Made by a program: the position numbers and the translations under genes | Notes under the pieces: generated by a model | What the model was told of the DNA's origin: nothing | The model's database searches: none | Seen by the model: only the letters and a program-made list of their open reading frames with translations | Shown here: positions 56,982 through 64,000 of the stretch, one piece after another | Position numbering within the stretch: position 1 is the first letter of the stretch | Layout of the letters: every line of letters begins with the position of its first letter | Source: Candidatus Latescibacterota bacterium | GTDB taxonomy: Bacteria; Latescibacterota; UBA2968; UBA8231 | Reading direction: 5' to 3' | DNA length: 64,000 bases | Assembly: GCA_964291625.2 (NCBI GenBank) | Contig: OZ220089.1 | Location: 1,280,001-1,344,000, forward strand

Positions 56982-59119
56982 GGGCCGCCCTCGCGCTGGG
57001 GTCCCTGGCCGTCCTCACCGCGGCGGCCCCGTCACAGGAAGAGGAGAAGGTGAAACCCGAGCCCATGACCGCCCCCGCGGCCGAGAAGCGCCCACACGAG
57101 CTGACCGCCCACGGCGACGTGCGCGTCGACGACTACTACTGGCTGCGGGAGCGAGACAACCCGGAGGTCACCGCCTACCTGGAGGCCGAGAACGACTATG
57201 CCGAGTCGGTGATGGCCCACACCGAGCCGCTGCAGGAACGGCTCTTCGAGGAGATCAAGGGCCGCATCAAGCAGACCGACTCCACGGCGCCCTCCCGGCG
57301 CGGCGAGTTCTTCTACTACACCCGCTACGAGGACGGGAAGGAGTACCCCATCCACTGCCGGCGCCGCGGCTCGATGGCGGCGGAAGAGGAGGTCCTCCTC
57401 GACGTCAACGACCTGGCCGAGGGCCACGAGTACTACGACGTCAGCTCCTGGGCGGTGAACCCGGGCCAGGACGTGCTCGCCTTCGCCGCCGACACCACGG
57501 GGCGCCGCATCTGCACGATCCACTTCAAGGACCTGTCCACGGGCCAGGTACGGGAGGAGAGCATCTCCTCGGCGACCCACAACCTCGCTTGGGCCGAGGA
57601 CGACCGCACCCTGTTCTACGTGCGCCAGCACCCGGAGACCCTGCGCTGGTACCGCCTCTACCGCCACGAGCTGGGCACCGACGCGGCGGAGGACGTCCTC
57701 GTCTACGAGGAGGAGGACGAGACCTTCGACGCCTACGTCTTCAAGACCCGCTCACGGGCCTGGATCGTCCTCGGCCTCTGGCAGACGGTGAGCAACGAGT
57801 ACCGCTTCGTCCCCGCCGGCGAGCCCACGGCCGAGTTCCGCCTGTTGGAGCCGAGGCAGCGGGACCACGAGTACACCATCGATCACGGCAACGGCTGGTT
57901 CTACCTGGTCACCAACGACGGGGCGCGCAACTTCCGCCTCATGCGCACCCCCGAGGACGCCACCGCCCGCGACCACTGGGAGGAGGTGATCCCCCACCGC
58001 GAGGACGTGCTCCTGGAGGACGTGGACGTCTTCGACCGCCACCTCGTCACCGCCGAGCGCAAGGACGGCCTGCGGCGGCTGCGGGTCCGCCGGCTGGACT
58101 CCGGCGCCGGGCACGAGATCGACTTCGGAGAGCCCGCCTATCTCGCCTACACCTACGGCAACTGGGAGTTCGACACCTCGACCCTGCGCTACCGCTACCA
58201 GTCCCTCACGACTCCCGACTCCGACTACGACTACGACATGGACACGCGGGAGCGGGTCCTGGTGAAGCGCGAGGAGGTCCTCGGCGGCGACTTCGACCCC
58301 GCCAACTACCGCACCGAGCGCCTCTGGGCGACCGCCCGCGACGGCGCCCGCGTGCCGATCTCCATCGTCTACCGCAAGGGCCTCGACCGCGACGGCAGCC
58401 ATCCCCTGCTGCTCTACGGCTACGGCTCCTACGGCTACACCATCGACGCCTCCTTCGCCTCCAACCGCCTGAGCCTCCTCGACCGCGGCTTCGTCTACGC
58501 CATCGCCCACGTCCGCGGCGGCCAGGCCCTCGGCCGCGCCTGGTACGACGACGGCAAGCTGCTGCGCAAGAAGAACACCTTCACCGACTTCATCGACTGC
58601 GCCGAGCACCTCGTCGAGCAGGGCTACACCCGCCCGGAGGGGCTCTACGCCCAGGGCGGCAGCGCCGGCGGCCTGCTGGTGGGCGCGGTGATGAACATGC
58701 GCCCCGACCTGTTCCACGGCATCGTCGCCCAGGTGCCGTGGGTCGACGTGGTGACCACCATGCTCGACGACAGCATCCCCCTGACCACGGGCGAGTACGA
58801 CGAGTGGGGGAACCCGAACGAGAGGCAGTACTACGACTACATGCTGTCGTACTCCCCCTACGACAACCTCGCCGCCGGCGCCTACCCCCACCTCCTCGTC
58901 CTCACCAGCGTCGAGGACGCCGCCGTCCAGTACTGGGAGCCGGCCAAGTGGGTCGCCCGCCAGCGCACCCTGCGCACCGGCGACTCGCGGCTGCTGCTCA
59001 AGACGGAGATGGTCGCCGGCCACGGCGGGCCGTCGGGACGCTACCGGGGGTACCGGGAGACGGCCCTGGTCTACGCGTTCCTGCTGGACCTGGCGGGGGC
59101 GGCAGAGGGGGAGGGATGA
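56978..59119 (+). CDS. ptrB: Oligopeptidase B (S9A)
   Basis: DDYYWLR, YGYGSYG, GGSAGG, EWGNP, GHGG; N-terminal signal peptide. Confidence 0.92.
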   Translation: MRAALALGSLAVLTAAAPSQEEEKVKPEPMTAPAAEKRPHELTAHGDVRVDDYYWLRERDNPEVTAYLEAENDYAESVMAHTEPLQERLFEEIKGRIKQTDSTAPSRRGEFFYYTRYEDGKEYPIHCRRRGSMAAEEEVLLDVNDLAEGHEYYDVSSWAVNPGQDVLAFAADTTGRRICTIHFKDLSTGQVREESISSATHNLAWAEDDRTLFYVRQHPETLRWYRLYRHELGTDAAEDVLVYEEEDETFDAYVFKTRSRAWIVLGLWQTVSNEYRFVPAGEPTAEFRLLEPRQRDHEYTIDHGNGWFYLVTNDGARNFRLMRTPEDATARDHWEEVIPHREDVLLEDVDVFDRHLVTAERKDGLRRLRVRRLDSGAGHEIDFGEPAYLAYTYGNWEFDTSTLRYRYQSLTTPDSDYDYDMDTRERVLVKREEVLGGDFDPANYRTERLWATARDGARVPISIVYRKGLDRDGSHPLLLYGYGSYGYTIDASFASNRLSLLDRGFVYAIAHVRGGQALGRAWYDDGKLLRKKNTFTDFIDCAEHLVEQGYTRPEGLYAQGGSAGGLLVGAVMNMRPDLFHGIVAQVPWVDVVTTMLDDSIPLTTGEYDEWGNPNERQYYDYMLSYSPYDNLAAGAYPHLLVLTSVEDAAVQYWEPAKWVARQRTLRTGDSRLLLKTEMVAGHGGPSGRYRGYRETALVYAFLLDLAGAAEGEG

Positions 59120-59376
59120 GAGTCACGGTCACCCTCGATGCGGATGTCGAGCAGCGGCTCGGGGAGGAGACCCTGAACGATGCCTTGCGCCGGGGTCTGG
59201 GTTCGTGGCTCGGAGGCGGAGGCCCGCCCCTTCGTGGTCGAATCGCGTCCGCTCCGCCTGCGCACCGGACTCGATCCGGCCCGTCTGCGCGAGCTGGACG
59301 ACGATCCGGAGATCGCCGGGTTCCTCCGCAAGACGGCGCGGTTGCAGGAGCGCCGGGAGTGATCATTCCGGACGCC
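59116..59376 (+). pseudogene. vapBC-like remnant (frameshifted antitoxin plus first codons of a PIN toxin)
   Basis: MRVTVTLDADVEQRL...; PFVV...LRTGLDPARL..LDD; overlapping GTG IIPD stub. Confidence 0.55.
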
Positions 59377-59455
59377 TTGGCCGTGCGGGATTTGCCTGCG
59401 GGGTAGAGGCCCTCGACCTCTACCTCCGGGTGGAGCTGGACGAGGAGGAAGCGCT

Positions 59456-61114
59456 TTGACGCACGACTCGCCGACCTACGAACCCGGGGAGCGGACCCGG
59501 TCCCGGGTCCAGGACGGGCCCACGCGTTTCTTCAACACGGCCGGTCCCATGATCCCGGCCGATCACTACCAGGTCCCCCCGTTGGAGCGGCTCGACCTCG
59601 ACGAGGTGCTGCTGCTGATCGAGCAGAAGCGCTACTTCGTGATGCACGCGCCCCGGCAGACGGGCAAGACCTCGGCCCTGCTGGCGCTGCTGGAGGAGTT
59701 GAACGGCAGCGGCCGCTATCGCTGCGTCTACGTGAACGTGGAGATTGGCCAGTCCGCCCGCGAGGACGTGGCGGAGGCGATGAGGGCGATCCTGAGCCAA
59801 CTGGCTTCCCAGGCCGAGCATGTCCTGGGCGACCGGAGCGTGAGAGAGATCTTGCGCCAGGCCCGCGAAGACGCCGGCCCCCACGGCGTCTTGCAGGAGG
59901 TCCTCGGACGCTGGGCCGCGGCCGACGCCAGGCCCCTGGTGTTGATGATCGACGAGATCGACGCGCTGATCGGCGACACCCTGCTGGCGGTGCTGCGGCA
60001 ACTGCGCGCCGGCTACCCGGAGCGCCCGCGCCGGTTCCCGCAGAGCGTCATCCTGTGCGGCGTGCGCGACGTGCGCGACTACCGCATCCACTCCAGCGCC
60101 GAGAACGCCGTCGTCGCCGGCGGCAGCGCCTTCAACATCCGCGCCGAGTCCCTGCGCCTCGGCGATTTCACCGAGGTCGAGGTGCGCGCGCTGCTGGCGC
60201 AGCACACCGGGGAGACCGGCCAGGTCTTCACCGAGGAGGCCCGGAGCAGGATCTGGGAACTGACCCGGGGCCAGCCCTGGCTGGTGAACGCGCTGGCGTA
60301 CGAAGCCTGCTTCCGGAACAAGGCGGGGCGGGACCGCGGCCGGACCATTACCGTCGAGGCGATCCTCCACGCCCGCGAGCAGCTCATCCTGCGCCGCGAG
60401 ACCCATCTCGATCAACTCACGGACAAGCTGCAGGAGGAGCGCGTCCGGCGCGTGGTCGAACCGCTGTTGAGCGGCAGCGAGTCCGTCGAGAAGATCCCCG
60501 TCGACGACCTGGACTACGTCCGCGACCTGGGCCTCGTGCGCCGGCAGGGCCCCGTCGCCATCGCCAACCCGATCTACCAGGAGGTCATCCCCCGCGACCT
60601 CACCTGCACCACGCAGGAGTTCCTCCACCAGGATCCCGCCTGGTACGTCGATGCGGACGGCGCCCTGCGCGTCGCCGACCTGCTGGCCGCCTTCCAGACC
60701 TTCTTCCGCGAGCACTCGGAGCACTGGGTCGAGCGCTTCCAGTACAAGGAGGCCGGTCCGCAGCTGCTCCTTCAGGCGTTCCTGCAGCGCGTCGTCAACA
60801 GCGGCGGCCGCATCGAGCGCGAGTACGGCCTGGGCCGGAGGCGCACGGACCTGCTGATTCTCTGGCCGCTACCTGGGCAGGCCCGGCCGGGTCAGGCGGT
60901 GCAGAGGGCCGTGGTCGAATGCAAGCTGCTGTACAAGAGCCTGGAGCAGACCGTGCGCGAGGGCCTCGAGCAGACCCGCGCGTACATGGACCGGTGCGCC
61001 GCCGACGAGGGGCATCTCGTCGTCTTCGACCGCACGGCCGGTGTGTCGTGGGAGGACAGGATCTTCCGCCGCGACGACGCGGGGGAACCCAGGATCACGG
61101 TGTGGGGGATGTAG
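59456..61114 (+). CDS. AAA ATPase (AAA_35-like) with C-terminal PD-(D/E)XK-like domain
   Basis: FFNTAGP, APRQTGKT, MIDEID, GQPWLVN, REYGLGRRRTDL...VVECK. Confidence 0.85.
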   Translation: MTHDSPTYEPGERTRSRVQDGPTRFFNTAGPMIPADHYQVPPLERLDLDEVLLLIEQKRYFVMHAPRQTGKTSALLALLEELNGSGRYRCVYVNVEIGQSAREDVAEAMRAILSQLASQAEHVLGDRSVREILRQAREDAGPHGVLQEVLGRWAAADARPLVLMIDEIDALIGDTLLAVLRQLRAGYPERPRRFPQSVILCGVRDVRDYRIHSSAENAVVAGGSAFNIRAESLRLGDFTEVEVRALLAQHTGETGQVFTEEARSRIWELTRGQPWLVNALAYEACFRNKAGRDRGRTITVEAILHAREQLILRRETHLDQLTDKLQEERVRRVVEPLLSGSESVEKIPVDDLDYVRDLGLVRRQGPVAIANPIYQEVIPRDLTCTTQEFLHQDPAWYVDADGALRVADLLAAFQTFFREHSEHWVERFQYKEAGPQLLLQAFLQRVVNSGGRIEREYGLGRRRTDLLILWPLPGQARPGQAVQRAVVECKLLYKSLEQTVREGLEQTRAYMDRCAADEGHLVVFDRTAGVSWEDRIFRRDDAGEPRITVWGM

Positions 61115-61121
61115 CCTCCCG

Positions 61122-64000
61122 CTACCGCAGCAGCGTGAGCTTGCGCGTGTCCACGGCGTCGGCCGTCACCAGCCGGCACACGTAGACACCGCTGGCCAAC
61201 GGGCGCCCCCAGGCGTCCCGGCCCTCCCAGCGCAGGCGGTGGAAGCCCGCCTTCAGCGGCCCCTCGCGCAACACCGCCACCCGCTGCCCGGTCAGGGCGA
61301 AGACCTCCAGGCGCGCCGGCCCCGGCGCCAGCAGAAACCAGGTGATGACGGTCTGGCTGTTGAAGGGGTTGGGCGCGTTCTGCTGCAACCGAACTTCGCC
61401 GGGCAGGCCGATCCGGTCCCGGGCCAGGGCCAGCAGCCGGGCTCTCGCCGGCTGGCCGAAGCTCTCGGCGAAGAGGAAGAAGTCGGCGAAGTCGACGACG
61501 CCACTGGCGTCGAGATCGAAGCGGGGGTCGCTGCCGCCGAAGGCCTCCGCGAAGAGGAAGAAGTCGGAGAAGCCGGTGATACCGTCGCCGTCGAAGTCGG
61601 GCGAGGGTTTGGCGGTGGCCTTGAAGGTCACCGGTTCCAGTCCCTCCACCGTGACTTCCACGGTGTAGGTGCCAGGTTCCTCGCCCAGGGTCAGGAAGAC
61701 GGCCGCCCGGCCCTCGACGTCCGTGGTATCGGCGGCGGCCGAGAGCGTACCGCCGTCGCCGACCAAGGCGAAGCGGACCACGGCGCCGGCAAGGACCGTC
61801 CCGGTCTGGTCCTGCACCGAGACCACCAGGGCTTCCGCCAACTGCCCGCCGGGCTCTGCCTGCTGCCCGTCGCCGGAGAGCCTGGCCAGACTCCTTGGCA
61901 CCGCCTCGCCGACGGCGCTGAATGTCACCGGGTCGAGCCCGGCCACCGTCACCGTGACGGTGTTGATCCCCTGATCGGGCCCCAGGGTCAGGGTGGTGGC
62001 GGCCCGGCCCCCGATGCCGGTGGTGTCCGTGGTTGCCGAAAGGCTCCCCCCGCCGTCGGTGACCGAAAAGGTGACGACCGCCGAGGCCAGGGGCTCGCCG
62101 CTCTGGTCGAGCACGGAGACGACGAAGGGCCCGGCGAGAGCCTCGCCGCTCGCCCCCTGCTGGCCATCGCCCTCGACCTTGCTCAGGGTGGTGGGCACCG
62201 ACCGCGTACGGGCGGTGAAGATCACCGGTTCGAGATCGGTGGCGGTCACCTCGACCGTGTTGGGTCCGGGATCGTTCCCAAGGGTCAGTTCGGTTGCGGC
62301 TCGACCCCTGGCATCGGTCGTCGCGGTTCCGGTGGTGAGGGTGCCGCCGCCGGTGAGGGTGAAGGTGACCCTGGCACCCTCCAGCGGCTGACCGTTCTGA
62401 TCCATGACTTCGACGACGAGGGAGCCAGGAAGGAGCTCACCCGGGCCGCCCTCCTGGGCGTCGCCCGAGACCTTGGACAATCGATAGGGCTGCGGCGTCA
62501 GGTCCCACAGCAGGACGGTGCCATCCCGGGATCCGGAGGCGAGGGTGACGCCGTCACGGGAGAAGGCCAGGGAACCGACCTCGTGGGTGTGCCCCTCGAG
62601 GGTGAGGCCCCGTCGCCCGGACTCCGCGTTCCACAGCCGGACCGTGCCGTCCCCGGACCCGGCGGCGAGAGTGGCGCCGTCGGGGAAGAAGGTCAGGGAG
62701 TGGACCCCGCTCTCCCCCCGGAGAGTCTCGAGCTCGCTCCAGGACCCGGCCTCCAGCAGCCGAACGCTTCCGTCCCGGGAGCCGATGGCGAGGATGCCGC
62801 CTTCCGGCGAGAAGGCCAGGGAACTGACTTCTACGCTCTCGAGCCTGACGATCTCCTGCCGGGCTTCGAGGTCCCACAGCCGGGTGGTCCCATCCGAGCG
62901 CCCCATGGCGAGAATGGCGCCGTCGGGCGAGAAGGCCGCGGACTCGATGCCTCCCTCGAGATTGGCGATCTGCTCGCCAGCTGCAAGATCCCAGAGGACC
63001 GTGCCGCGCCAGGACCCGGCGGCGAGGGTGCCGCCATCCGGCGAGAGCGCCAGCGGACCATTGGCGGCCCCCGGGGTGAGAACGCCGATGATCTCGGTGC
63101 TCGCGACATCGTACAAGGCGACTTGGCCCCTTGCGACGGCGAGGGTGACGCCATCGGGCGTAAACGCCACCGCAGCCACCGGTCCAGTCTCCAGGGTGGC
63201 CGTCTCCCGGCCGGTCCTGACGTCCCATAGTTTCACCACGGAACCCGAACCGGTGGCGAGGGTGACGCCATCGGGCGAGAAGGCCAGCGAGTTGAACGAC
63301 AGGGCATGCCCCTGAACTCGGGCCGCGGTCCTTGTCGCGAGATTCAACAGCTGGATGTCGCCCCTCCAGGGCGTGACGGCGAGGGTGACGCCATCCTTCG
63401 AGAACACCACCGACCTGACCGCATCGGAGTGGGTGACGGAGGCGACCTGCCTTCTCGAGGCCACGTCCCACAGCCAGACGGCCTTGTTCCGGGACCCGGC
63501 GGCAAGGGTGGCCCCGTCCGGGGAGAAGGCCACGGAACTGATCTTCCCCGTGTGGCCCTCGAGACTGGCGATCTCCTGGCCTTGCTCGACATCCCACAGC
63601 TTGACCCCGCTCCAGGATCCGGTGGCGAGGGTTTCCCCGTCAGGCGAGAACGCCACCGATTCCATCTCTGACCCATCGTTGAGAGTGGCGATGGAGGCCG
63701 CCGCCGCCAGGTCCCAGAGCCTGACGGAACCACCATCGCCGGACAGGATGGCGAGAACCGCGCCATCGGGCGAGAAGGCCACGGACCGCACCCCTCCATC
63801 AAGAGTGACCGTGACCTCGCCGCGGGCCAGATCCCACAACCGCACCGTACGGGCCACGGCGGCGAGGGCCGCGCCGTCGGGTGAGTACACCAGGGATCGA
63901 ACCTCTCCATCATCCCCGTGGAGAGTGGCTGTCCTCTCCCCCGTGGCCGCGTCCCAGAGCAGGATGTTTCCGTCCCTGGCTCCGGCGGCGAGGGTGGCGC
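61122..64000 (-). CDS. WD40-repeat protein with Big_1 Ig-like repeats, dockerin-like domain and FlgD/T9SS-like CTD (5' partial)
   Basis: Repeated AFSPDG.TLA...LWD; TD..GRA..TLTLG; PDFDGDG...DLDASG; QNAPNPFN...KLTLLR. Confidence 0.9.
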   Translation of the reverse strand, partial: ATLAAGARDGNILLWDAATGERTATLHGDDGEVRSLVYSPDGAALAAVARTVRLWDLARGEVTVTLDGGVRSVAFSPDGAVLAILSGDGGSVRLWDLAAAASIATLNDGSEMESVAFSPDGETLATGSWSGVKLWDVEQGQEIASLEGHTGKISSVAFSPDGATLAAGSRNKAVWLWDVASRRQVASVTHSDAVRSVVFSKDGVTLAVTPWRGDIQLLNLATRTAARVQGHALSFNSLAFSPDGVTLATGSGSVVKLWDVRTGRETATLETGPVAAVAFTPDGVTLAVARGQVALYDVASTEIIGVLTPGAANGPLALSPDGGTLAAGSWRGTVLWDLAAGEQIANLEGGIESAAFSPDGAILAMGRSDGTTRLWDLEARQEIVRLESVEVSSLAFSPEGGILAIGSRDGSVRLLEAGSWSELETLRGESGVHSLTFFPDGATLAAGSGDGTVRLWNAESGRRGLTLEGHTHEVGSLAFSRDGVTLASGSRDGTVLLWDLTPQPYRLSKVSGDAQEGGPGELLPGSLVVEVMDQNGQPLEGARVTFTLTGGGTLTTGTATTDARGRAATELTLGNDPGPNTVEVTATDLEPVIFTARTRSVPTTLSKVEGDGQQGASGEALAGPFVVSVLDQSGEPLASAVVTFSVTDGGGSLSATTDTTGIGGRAATTLTLGPDQGINTVTVTVAGLDPVTFSAVGEAVPRSLARLSGDGQQAEPGGQLAEALVVSVQDQTGTVLAGAVVRFALVGDGGTLSAAADTTDVEGRAAVFLTLGEEPGTYTVEVTVEGLEPVTFKATAKPSPDFDGDGITGFSDFFLFAEAFGGSDPRFDLDASGVVDFADFFLFAESFGQPARARLLALARDRIGLPGEVRLQQNAPNPFNSQTVITWFLLAPGPARLEVFALTGQRVAVLREGPLKAGFHRLRWEGRDAWGRPLASGVYVCRLVTADAVDTRKLTLLR

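Overview
High-GC bacterial chromosomal segment. C-terminal FlgD/T9SS-like sorting domains, SWGxxK tails, dockerin-like domains and WD40/cadherin/FN3 proteins suggest an FCB-group lineage such as Latescibacterota; this is inference only. Positions ~1.5-25.7 kb form an accessory island bracketed by a diverged 2.2-kb direct repeat (1503-3654 / 23440-25683) whose terminal genes are reciprocally truncated. Inside lies a collapsed tandem array of three secreted-protease cassettes (dockerin lipoprotein peptidase, ~275-aa SWGxxK-tail protein, giant M6 metalloprotease). The array is cut by one-ended IS66 and group II intron remnants. The island also holds IS481, IS1182-like and IS21 fragments, two ~90-bp MITEs with TAA duplications, a one-chain histidine kinase/response regulator and an orphan nuclease-like gene. 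The remainder is mostly core-like: a TonB-receptor/DUF4856 operon with an attenuator-like leader, MFS, GSDH-cytochrome c fusion followed by an ~86-bp hairpin repeat array, MlrC/epimerase/DegT, a sulfatase-like protein, a decayed XRE-IrrE/PIN module, a GT-TPR/PreP/anmK/ligase/MTase/PLP/MetE-like cluster, PhyH, oligopeptidase B, an AAA ATPase and a WD40-Ig protein. I saw no rRNA, tRNA or CRISPR array. Several single-base frameshifts may be assembly errors.
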